From the NCBI GenBank assembly GCA_023231475.1, contig JALJEE010001112.1, forward strand, positions 62,001 through 83,588: 21,588 nt of DNA, read 5' to 3'. The notes below the pieces were generated by a model. That model did no database searches. It was not told where the DNA came from and was given only the letters and a program-made list of their open reading frames with translations. How positions within the stretch are numbered: the first letter of the stretch is position 1; every line of letters starts with the position of its first letter. The DNA is from Seison nebaliae. Its lineage: Eukaryota. This document shows positions 11,601 through 20,849 of the stretch, one piece after another. A program made the position numbers and the translations under genes.

Positions 11601-13592
11601 TTAGGTCGATTTACATGCACAATTAGAAGGATCAAGTTTTTGTGAAATTTTTGTGCAATGCTGCCCTTGACAATCTAAGAAGAATATTATATGAATCAAA
11701 AAAATATGGAAAAGACAAAGATGATTGATTAACCACATAACGAGTTCGAACAAGTATTTACACAACCACCACATGTTCCATTCGATTTTGTCGATAATTC
11801 GTAGGGAAATTTCACATTTTCATATGATTGACTATTAGGAAGAAAAAATTTATGTTTAATCTCTCAATATACAATATCTAACCTTGGATAATAGTTACAG
11901 ACGAACAGTTTCAACAACCTTGTAGCCTTCTGACACAGAGTGAACCCACAACCAACTTTATATACTTTATCGAGTACCAATTGAGAATAGTGTCCAACTT
12001 TCAAAAAATCCATATTCTCTTTACCATAACGCCATACCGTCGATTCATTCCACCAACCTTTAAGTGTGTGAGACCAATTCTGAGTTTGTACCGCAACATT
12101 CTGCCCAACATTTAATGGGTATGCTTCGATTAAACAAATATTTTTTATGAACTTTAATAAAGTTAAACAACTAACTTAAAAGGGAACGACATTTCACACA
12201 ATCATGCGAAATTCGACATTGATTGGACCAACGTTGTGCCAAGAATGCGAGTTTCGGGTCCCAATACTTTTTCGAGAATTATTAAGAAAAATTTATTAAT
12301 ATTTAAGAAGAAATGTTGTGAGACGGTGCTAACCATTTTCATCATATATGTTGGATTCGGTTTGACATTTCTTCGAATATGATTATGGGCTTGGACGATG
12401 AATTGGGTGTCTTGAGGGGATACACCATATCCTCGAATTTCATTGCTATGATTAGCGAGGAAGTATGTGTGGAATGTGCCTTTTTCATACATTTTATTTA
12501 CGTGTGTTGCATTCAAATGAGCCTGATTCAAATCGAACACAACTTTTTGGGAAAGAAGAACATTTTCATTGATCATATTTTTGAAATTGATCATTCTTTT
12601 TTCATGTCTTGTTGTTGTCGAATCAAGGGTAGTTCGGAGACGAATTGTTGTGCTGATGTCTTCGATAATTGTATTTCTGGCAGTTGATATCGGTGAAGTA
12701 GAAGTGATTTTTATTTCAGTTGAATTCTGTGTTAAAGTAGTTGATGAAAGAATATCGAGGGTTTTTAAGTTTTCTTCAGTTTTCTTGGAAGATGTTATTG
12801 TCGAAACGGTTAAGTTGAGTGATGAAGTAGTTGGTAAATTGATAGTTGTTTTGTTTCGCATAATTTCGGGTGGATAACTGATTTTTTTAAAATTTGTTGA
12901 CAATCGTTCTGTCACCTCAGATGTTTTAGTTGATTTGGACTGTTCAATTGTGGACAATAGATTAGCAGTTGTTCCGAAAGTTGATAATGAGTAGCTCATT
13001 CTTTCTCCGGAAATAGTAGTCAATAATGTTGTAGATAGTTGGGTAGTCGAGGAAGTTTTTTTTATTTTTAAAAGAGTAGTCGTACGTGGAAGTTGACTAT
13101 TTGTGGTGGAAGTTGTAGTTTTAGTCGTAGAGAAAACATTGCTAATAGTTTGAATAGTTGTGGTAGATGTAACTGAATATTCTGTATTAGTTGAGGTTGA
13201 ATTAATTATATTATTTTCCGTAACAGCAATTGTCGTCGTAGAAATATTAAATTGTGAATCATGTGAAATTTTAGAACTATTCGGTTCAGTAATGTTGAAG
13301 TTTTCTGGTGTTTCTGTAGCATTTTCTTGTTTTGTATCTATCGAACTACTTGTAATATTATGTGGTGCAGCTACAATGGAATTTAGAAAAATTTATAATG
13401 CAAATTGAATCGAGAACGAATAAAATTTAAACTTTCTGAAACTTTCAAATAAATTGGCAATAATGAAACGAAACAAAAAATGAGAAAAGAAGAAATTGTG
13501 GCGAGTACGATGGTCTTACCACTGACATCGAGAGGTGGTATAGTTGGAGATTGCGTAGAATTATTTATTTGGTAATTTCTCGACCGATTCAT
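11601..13592 (-). CDS. CAP/SCP (CRISP-like) protein with N-terminal hydrophobic anchor and Ser/Thr-rich stalk, 566 aa; exons 13592-13433, 13370-12334, 12266-12176, 12123-11883, 11831-11734, 11674-11601
   Basis: Five GT-AG introns (62, 67, 52, 51, 59 nt) give one open frame. CAP motifs: IVQAHNHIRR, MMKM|YWDPKLAFLAQRWSNQC..SHD, VGQNVA, WWNE, VGHYSQLV..VYKVGCG, FVCNYYP. Cys-rich tail CGGCVNTCSNSLCDCQGQHC...LDPSNCAC; stop TAA at 11603-11601. The CAP exons are firm; exon 1 and the start codon are less certain. Confidence 0.9.
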
Positions 13593-14072
13593 AAGAAGTT
13601 GATGTAAGAATGAAGATGAATGAAAAAGATACGGAGCAAACGAGAAATGTTTTAGAGGTAAGAAAGAGTGAGATTGAGTTTCTTTTTATTCGAATGTGAA
13701 AGTTTATTAGAAGATCTCATAGTTCCTCCCAATTCTTCAGTGAGAAATAATAAAATGTACGTCTTATATGTCAATATTGACGAGAAAGTCATAGTATTCT
13801 TTAAAGACTAAAAAGTATATTAATCGTCGTTTCTATGGCGATGAGATAAAAATTTTCTTTTATTATCCCATTGTCTATGTAATTCCCTATTAAGTATGAT
13901 ATTTATCGGTTGACGAACAAGTTTGTTAGTCGATTGGGAATTTCGTGAAAAAGATGAAGATGAGAATCTTTAAAAATTTCCCCGTTCTAAATAACAAAGA
14001 AATGTTTCGATTGAAACTTTTGTGAAAAGATCAATCTTTTCCCGTCGAACATAAGTGACATAATAAGAAGTT

Positions 14073-15220
14073 TTATTTACTGATGAATGCGAGTACCATA
14101 ATAATTGGTAAGTAAATTAAACTGAAACGAAATAAACGACGTGCTGATAAAGAACTTCCTTCTTTGTAAAATAGAAATGCCAAATAAATGAAATAAACAT
14201 TAAACGGAATTGTGTCGATTGCAAATGATATTTTGGCGAAACCTGAAAATGAAAGTTATAATCGACTTTTAATCTAATTTTAAAAAATCAACCAGTCAAT
14301 GGAGCTCCGATGGAACATAGTGCCAAAAGAAGAATTGAATGTCTTAGTGCAGTTCTTCTGCATAACATTGGTTGAACCACACTCGCCATTCGATAACCAG
14401 CTCGAGTATATTCGTTTTTGATATTCCACGACAATGCATTAAAATGAGGGAATTGCCATGAGTATAAAATGAGAGGTAATATCATAGCTGCAGGTAAATT
14501 GATTTGTGCAAGATTCGGTTCAGCAATTAATTCACTTTGCCAAATGGTGGGATAAACGGCAGCTAACCATCCCATCATTGGTGGAATGGCACCAACAATA
14601 GAACCAATCCAAGTATTATAAATACTTAACCTTTTCATTGGAGTATAAATATTAGTATAGAGGAGTAGATTGATGAATCCTAATGATGCCACTATTGGCG
14701 AGACGGAAACGGATAATAATAAAATTCCAGAAATTGCTGAAATACTCGCAAAATTTATGACGTTCAAAGGAGACATTTTCATTTGGACGAGAACTCGATT
14801 TTTTGTTCGTTTCATTTGTGAATCATATGGAGATTCTAAATATTGATTGATCGAATTTGCTGCGGCTGATGTTAAGGCGGTACCGACTGAAACACATAAT
14901 AAACAAACGGGATCGAAAGGAATTAGATTTGGTGCTTGCATATAACCACCAATACATGTCAATACAACTAATCCAGTCAAATTCTTTTTGGATAAAGCGG
15001 CATAACATTCTAATTTTTGTTTTAATGTTAACGATGTCGATCTTTTATTCCATTGATATTGATCAATACTCTTCGGCTCTTCATCGATAATCAACTTCGA
15101 AGTGAGAATTTCTTGAGAAATTTTTGGTTTTGCTTTCACTACATTCTGAAATGTTTGTGAAGAACTAAAAGAACATCTACTCAAATTACGTAAACGTCCA
15201 CTCAGTGAACGTAATAGCAT
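14073..15220 (-). CDS. COX10: Mitochondrial protoheme IX farnesyltransferase (heme O synthase, UbiA family), 365 aa; exons 15220-14293, 14242-14073
   Basis: Arg/Ser/Leu-rich presequence MLLRSLSGRLRNLSR. Motifs AANSINQYLESPYDSQMKRTKNR, LYTNIYTPMKR, NTWIGSIVGAIPPMMGW, YSWQFPHFNALSW, EYTRAGYRM. A 50-nt intron (14292-14243) adds the C-terminal SARRLFRFSLIYLP motif; stop TAA at 14075-14073. Confidence 0.97.
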
Positions 15221-15631
15221 TCGAGATACAAGAAATAATCTGCTCTCTTATGATTTCCCATTCAATCTCAGAAATTCCTTCAGCTATTCATTTATATTCA
15301 AATTCTACTTATCTCATATACCTCACTTTTTAATTCTTAACTTTTATTCCCACTGTTAAATTTTATCATAATTCTTAATAAAAAATATTTTTAGCCGATC
15401 TGGACTCCAGATTCTGGAGTAACATCGCAAATTACCAAACTGTTGAGATAGGCAAAACGATTTTATTTGAAATTTTTTAAATGTCCTAAATATGGGATTT
15501 AATCGAAAATTCATTTCCGATTAATAATGAGAATTTCGAATATAAATAAAGCGAACAATAGTCGGCAGTTAAACAAAACGAAATATTTAGAAAAATTCTA
15601 GTTTACTTTACAATCAAAAAGTCAAAATAAG
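15221..15631. promoter_or_regulatory. Probable shared divergent promoter region between COX10 and the CCDC66-like ORF
   Basis: The start codons point away from each other 411 bp apart; overlapping palindromes lie at 15398-15420. Confidence 0.5.
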
Positions 15632-17620
15632 ATGCGCAATTTTTCAATTTCATATGTAGGCGGCAAAGCCGTTATCAATTGCAATAAAAGTGCCGATTCT
15701 AAGGCAAAAAAGTTAGATAAATGCAGAATTTCTCAGGAACCAACTACAACACAAAAAAAATCTCACAGGAACGTTCAAGGAAATGGAGGGTCAAGTAAAG
15801 GAGAAACCTCAAATTCAAATAATGAATCGAACAACCATAATAAAATGTTGACGCTTTCAGCTGATCAACTGACGAACATTATATTGGCAGCCGCTCATAA
15901 AACGAAAGATCCTGTGAAGTCGAGTCATTGTTCACCACAGAAAAATTTCCGTTCAAGTCACGAACAAGTTAATGATATTGATATCCATAAAGACGTACAA
16001 ACTACAGATCACGAGATTGGCAACCAGTTGGAAGGAGAAAATACGTCAAATGGTTTCAATCACGAAATTCATCGATTGCTAAATCGGCAGAATATTCAAA
16101 GTGAAGTTGTATCTAATTCTAGAGATAGACAACCTGTATCGGAAAATTCGGTTAGAATTCCCTCAAATAAGGTAAACAACCTTGGAATTTCTCAACAAAC
16201 TGGACCTCAGTTTTATGCTTTACAAACGAAAAAGCGAGAAAAGATGAGACCGCAACAAATGCGTGATCAACAACCCGAGAATCTTCATAGCCGACATAGA
16301 TATGAACGTTCAATTCCGAAATCACATAATCAACAGTCGAACATTGGACAATGTCTTCAAAAATCGAATAATCGTCGGCGAACTCCAATAGTGAGTCACG
16401 AACAACAACGTAGGTTACATAGTAATAATAATCAGAATTCTGAATTTATAGTTAATGGACAACTTAATGAGTCAAAGGACGCTGTAACAGGAATTGGAAA
16501 TTCATTAAAATTCCATTCTCCCGAAAACTTTCAAAACGGTAGACCAAAAGTTTTAACAATGAAAGAAAAGAAACAGTTACAGTGGGCAAAAGAAAAAGAA
16601 GATCAAGAAAAATTGAATACGGCATTATATGAAAGAAGATCCTTAATCCAAAATGTTCTTGGTGATAACATTCATGGTGGTGGTGGTGAACCAATAATAG
16701 ATGGAAATGGTCAAGTAATATCGAGATTTAAAAGACTGAATTTGGATTCTAATAAAAATGCTATCAATATTCATCAAATGTATAATGCAAAGAAAAAAGA
16801 TTTGCCGCGTCGTTCAGAAACATATGTACGTGAAATATTACCGAATAAGCCTAAGGACGAATGTTTTGCTTTTGGTACTTCGAAAGAAGCGTTAGCGATA
16901 GAAAATGAAAAGAAAAAAAAACAATGGCTGAGAGATTTGACTAGGCAGATTAACGAAAAGAAGGATCAGAAGAAGGAAAATATGGCCGAAACCAATTACT
17001 ATTCACATGACGATTATCGTAAATTAAATGTTAATGATCGTTCATCGAACCATCAAATTTCTCCCCAAAGAATTATTAGTAATCAACAACTGAATTGCGC
17101 AAAGGCAAATACTAATAAGAAGGAACATGATATTTCAAACTCAATGACGAAAAAGAATCCACAAGACATCGTCTACGAAAGAACAATACAAGCACGAGAA
17201 GATGCATTAAAAGAGAAACGATGGGCGAAAATTGTTGAGTTAGATAAAAAAGGCCATGACACGACAGCATTACGAAAGCGATATGGTTTTAAGTCACTTT
17301 CTAAACCATACTCTACGGAACGGAATATAGACAGTTATGTCAAACCTCCTCCAAATTCACCACAAATGTTTAATTCATTTAAACAACGGAAATCAAAAGC
17401 AAAACAATCACAGTTACTCCCAAATCTAAAAAGTAGAGCCAGGACTAATTATGGTAATAGTTCAAAAACTCCAATTAAGAAAGAAAAACCAGCGATATTT
17501 CATTCTGTAATCAAGAATAATAACAAACATAAAAGTTACAACACTAATTCTTCGTCGAATAACCAACCTAGGAAATCGAAACTAGATATCATAATTGAAA
17601 ACAAATTTCCCAAACTATGA
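15632..17620 (+). CDS. CCDC66: Intronless 662-aa largely disordered/coiled-coil protein, CCDC66-like (centriolar satellite/ciliary protein)
   Basis: 1989-bp stop-free ORF in AT-rich DNA. Three segments match vertebrate CCDC66 as I recall it, in the same order: LTLSADQLTNII (cf. LTQDQLQQIL), KKKQWLRDLTRQINEKK (cf. KKAQWRKELDEQVALKK) and AKIVELDKKGHDTTAL (cf. RIRELAQKGHDTSRL). Coding status is strong; orthology rests on remembered motifs. Confidence 0.7.
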   Translation: MRNFSISYVGGKAVINCNKSADSKAKKLDKCRISQEPTTTQKKSHRNVQGNGGSSKGETSNSNNESNNHNKMLTLSADQLTNIILAAAHKTKDPVKSSHCSPQKNFRSSHEQVNDIDIHKDVQTTDHEIGNQLEGENTSNGFNHEIHRLLNRQNIQSEVVSNSRDRQPVSENSVRIPSNKVNNLGISQQTGPQFYALQTKKREKMRPQQMRDQQPENLHSRHRYERSIPKSHNQQSNIGQCLQKSNNRRRTPIVSHEQQRRLHSNNNQNSEFIVNGQLNESKDAVTGIGNSLKFHSPENFQNGRPKVLTMKEKKQLQWAKEKEDQEKLNTALYERRSLIQNVLGDNIHGGGGEPIIDGNGQVISRFKRLNLDSNKNAINIHQMYNAKKKDLPRRSETYVREILPNKPKDECFAFGTSKEALAIENEKKKKQWLRDLTRQINEKKDQKKENMAETNYYSHDDYRKLNVNDRSSNHQISPQRIISNQQLNCAKANTNKKEHDISNSMTKKNPQDIVYERTIQAREDALKEKRWAKIVELDKKGHDTTALRKRYGFKSLSKPYSTERNIDSYVKPPPNSPQMFNSFKQRKSKAKQSQLLPNLKSRARTNYGNSSKTPIKKEKPAIFHSVIKNNNKHKSYNTNSSSNNQPRKSKLDIIIENKFPKL

Positions 17621-18289
17621 TCAAGATTAAGCAGAAAAAAACTTAACTGGAAGAGCAAATAATCTCAACATATTAGTTGTGTATTAGTATTATTAGTAGT
17701 AACGTATTAGTAGTGTAGATTCTATGTTTCGTACTAACCAAATCACAGGTACTAAATGAGCACCATGTTTATATTTGGATAACACTTCGATTATACAAAG
17801 CTAATTCATCAGAAATCACATTTATTTTCTAGCAATCGCTAATTTCTTAGCATTATATAATAAGTAGAAATGTATTTACATTGTTGAAATATGCTTTGAA
17901 ATCACTAGATAATATGCTTACTCTATTTAATAACTGTTAAATTGTTCTTGCTCATTTATGTGGGATGGTCCGTGGAATTGTAAAGTTAATCACTAGAAGT
18001 CTACTCCAATTTCCCAAATAATACTGAAATCTACTCTAACAAAAACTTAATGGTGGTTCGGTTTCTATAATTCGTATGTTAGTGGTCATTCATAAGTCCA
18101 TGTTTATAGGAGTAGAATTGAATTATCGTCATCAATTCAAAGTAATTTTATAAAGAATAATAATTATTGAGAAGAGTTTATTGGTGAACAAGATTAATCA
18201 TTAATGGTCAAAAAATCCAAAATAGAGAATATGCTTTTTTTATGATTAAATAGTATTATATATTTGGAGTATGGTTTGAGACAGTTCAG

Positions 18290-18403
18290 TTACCAATAAT
18301 CATCATTTTGATCATTTTGATAGTCTCCGTATTCGCCACGTTGACCATTGACAAGTGTGGCAGCGACCAAACAGAAAGCGGTAATGTAATACATAAAATT
18401 CAT
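18290..18403 (-). CDS. Small secreted peptide precursor, 37 aa (MNFMYYITAFCLVAATLVNG-QRGEYGDYQNDQNDDYW*)
   Basis: ATG at 18403 with A at -3, a 20-aa hydrophobic signal-like segment ending V-N-G, a polar acidic tail and TAA at 18292-18290. TATA motifs lie upstream. No family recognised. Confidence 0.5.
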   Translation of the reverse strand: MNFMYYITAFCLVAATLVNGQRGEYGDYQNDQNDDYW

Positions 18404-18456
18404 TCTTGTAATTCCTGGAGGATTTCTTAAAACGGATTGATTTAGATACTGTTTAA

Positions 18457-18493
18457 CTTTTATATTTAACAGTAATTTTGGTCTCTATTTATA
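18457..18493 (-). promoter_or_regulatory. Candidate TATA boxes for the small peptide ORF
   Basis: Minus strand has cgcgTATAAATAgag (18493-18486) and TATAAAAG (18464-18457), 54-90 bp upstream of the ATG. The AT-rich background weakens this. Confidence 0.35.
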
Positions 18494-19442
18494 CGCGGAC
18501 GATCTCCCAAATACGAAGTTTTAAACAAAGTGATAAAAATTGAAACGGTTACATCATTTTTAACAGTCACGTATTATGGAGAAATTTTTATTGTTCAATT
18601 GGATAACATCGTCTTGTAAAGAACATTAAATTTTGATATGCCCATTATGATTGTCTTCCGAAGTTTCGATATAAGTTTAATTATAAATGCATTCTGATCT
18701 TTCGGTCGTACAATCTCAAGTTGTTATTATAATCAACCATTATCATTGTGCTATTCCAACTACAATTTTTTACATCAATTGAGAGAGCAACTGTTTTTCA
18801 GTTGAATGAGAAATATTACACTATGCAGTACATCAAATCTATGCATTATGATATCGTATATACAGAACGAATGCGAACGATAGAAATACCGAAATGGTCA
18901 ATCTTTGTCAATCATCCTAATCGTCCTAATACTGAAATATGGCACACAAAATCAAATTTGTAGTAACGATATACAGGACTAACAAGAACACAAATATGAA
19001 GAAGTATAATTAATTAACTCAATTAATTTGGTTTTATAATTTTTCTAATTACACATGGTACTCTGTTTAATTTATATTATTATACTTTAAGTTACTCTTT
19101 TAAATTTTTCGATTTCATTTGATCTATTAATTTCGATGATACTGTTTTGGTGATGCAATTGTGGTACTACGAGATGCAATGGTGAGTTTCGTGTTAAGAT
19201 ATCGTAAATTTTTACTCAACTCTTAAAAATTCAAAACTTTTTCCTCTGTTTCTAATTTTACGTCTTTTTAAAAATAAACTTTAAAAATTATTCCAAGGTT
19301 TATACAGCAGAAATTAGCATAATGATTAAATTATACGAAATTTTCATATGTAGAAAGACAACAAAATGAAAAAATATGAAGAATATGAAGTTTTAATATG
19401 AATAAACTTTTTACATAATCCAATTGTTGTTTCCTATAGCTG

Positions 19443-20412
19443 TCATTTCATTTCCAAAATTGGATGAAATATTTTCAATAATTCTTCGACATCGGATTTT
19501 GACGACATATCATCAATTAATATTGATAAACTTTCGAAGCTGTCATGGATAGATTTGATCATTTCGTATGTGGAATACCATCTTGTTATCAAGTCCTGTT
19601 TAATCGCGAGGATTGATTGATCCCATAATTGCTGCGTTTCTCTGAATTAGAACGCAAATAGCGGAGATGTAATTCGAATGTAATTCACGAGTTTCTTGCA
19701 TTCAGCTATCATTTGTTTGATTTCTCCACTGGAATCGATATACTTTTTTAGTGCGAGTTGATACATGTGAAAAATGCAGCTGGAATGATTGTAATTTCTG
19801 AAAGCGGCTACCATATTTGTCGCAGAATCAGAACAAATATTGACCACGTTATTCTTCTCAATGGCATATCGTTCACGTAGTTTTTCCAGTTTTTCACCGA
19901 TGTTTTCGGCAGTATGAGAAATGTTTAATGGAAGTATATCTGCACAAAGTTTTAATATGCTTCCATCCGTACCTAAAGGTCGAATTGAAAATGCGATAAA
20001 TCGTGAACGTCCATGGCTCCAGCAATCACTGGTTATGGATAATTTTTGAGTTTTTGCTATTTCGATCAAATCCTTGAACAATTTATTTTTCATATTCCCA
20101 ATATTCTCTGTGATCGTTTTTCGACATGGTAAGTTCAAACCTGGTCGCCAATTGTTCAATAAATTAAGGAAAATTTCACTTTCAACTATGGAACAAGGGA
20201 TTAAATCAGTCGCAAGGATTAGAGTAATGAGATTGTTGAACAAAATCTGAGCATCGTCCATGTTCTTAGCTTGTCCATAAGATGTCGGATTTTTCGATTT
20301 CCAAAGAGTCGATGTGCTCGTTTTATACTGGATGACATAATCTGCATTCCAGCACTTTGTTGACCGTATCAACAGAAAAATGGTCTCTTACTTTACTTCT
20401 CTGTTTCGACAT
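19443..20412 (-). mobile_element. Degraded hAT (Ac/ZBED1-like) transposase pseudogene
   Basis: BED-finger start MSKQRSKVRDHF...ECRLC, then a frameshift into QYKTSTSTLWK, DLIPCSIVES..F..LL, LPCRKTI, SITSDCWS (first D), SHTAENI, CSDSATNM (second D) and CIFH (CxxH). An in-frame TAA (19649-19647) is followed by KQDLITRWYSTYEM (TRWxST motif); the frame ends at TGA 19445-19443. The catalytic E, dimerisation domain and TIRs were not found. Confidence 0.92.
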
Positions 20413-20618
20413 TCTGAAATTTCAGTTTTAATTTTTTATATCTTAACAAAACTGATTCGTATTAAGATTTTTAAGAACAAGATGAATAATCCATCTTTTG
20501 GAAGCGTTTGAAAATGCTGAGCCATGCAGCTTTTTCTATGGTCACTTAGAAAGGAATTCCGATTTATGAGAGGATTCGAGTCAAAGCATGAGTATGACTA
20601 TACCTTTTCAACATCAAG

Positions 20619-20765
20619 TCAAGTTCGTACAATCAAAATTCAAGTTCGTATATCAAAAAGTCAAGTTAGTAGAATGAAAATTCAAGTGCGTTAAATGTAA
20701 ATTAAAGTTCGTTAAATGTAAATTCAAGTTCGTTAAATTAACATTCAAGTTCCTAAAATAAATTT
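20619..20765. repeat. Tandem array, 7 x 21 bp, consensus about TCAAGTTCGTTAAATNWAAAT
   Basis: Units start at 20619, 20640, 20661, 20682, 20703, 20724 and 20745, with an exact 21-bp period and a conserved TCAAGTTCGT head. Confidence 0.92.
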
Positions 20766-20849
20766 CACTCATTCAAGTAAAAATTTACAATAATATATGC
20801 CTAATTAACGGCAATCAACAAATAAAATTAGAAAAAAGCACACATTGTA

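Noticed and set aside
12379..13408. Plus-strand hydrophobic ORFs 12379-12687, 12569-12877 and 13160-13408
   Set aside because: Antisense shadows of the Thr/Ser-rich CAP exon 2.
14475..14557. Longer loop in COX10 after GWLAA that starts with GTT, as a possible retained intron
   Set aside because: The only suitable AG gives a 70-nt frameshifting intron, the composition is exon-like, and this loop varies in length among COX10 proteins.
14823..16694. ORFs 14823-15008, 14857-15090, 16152-16388 and 16464-16694 (including an HHHHH run)
   Set aside because: Alternative-frame or antisense overlaps of COX10 and the CCDC66-like ORF; the His run mirrors GGT Gly codons.
17671..17716. Four loose TATTAGT repeats after the CCDC66-like stop
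   Set aside because: Irregular spacing and low complexity; looks like a decayed simple repeat.
18254..18430. Plus-strand hydrophobic reading IIIILIILIVSVFA resembling a signal peptide
   Set aside because: No ATG, and it is the antisense of the Asp/Gln/Asn codons of the minus-strand peptide ORF.
18480..19010. Coding-like stretch including ORF 18748-18963
   Set aside because: The frames I translated were broken by stops and showed no recognisable motif; an old relic is possible but unsupported.
20619..20765. Regular repeats as a CRISPR array or a heptad-coding exon
   Set aside because: No unique spacers, eukaryotic context, and the most protein-like frame (ELEFTFN) contains stops.
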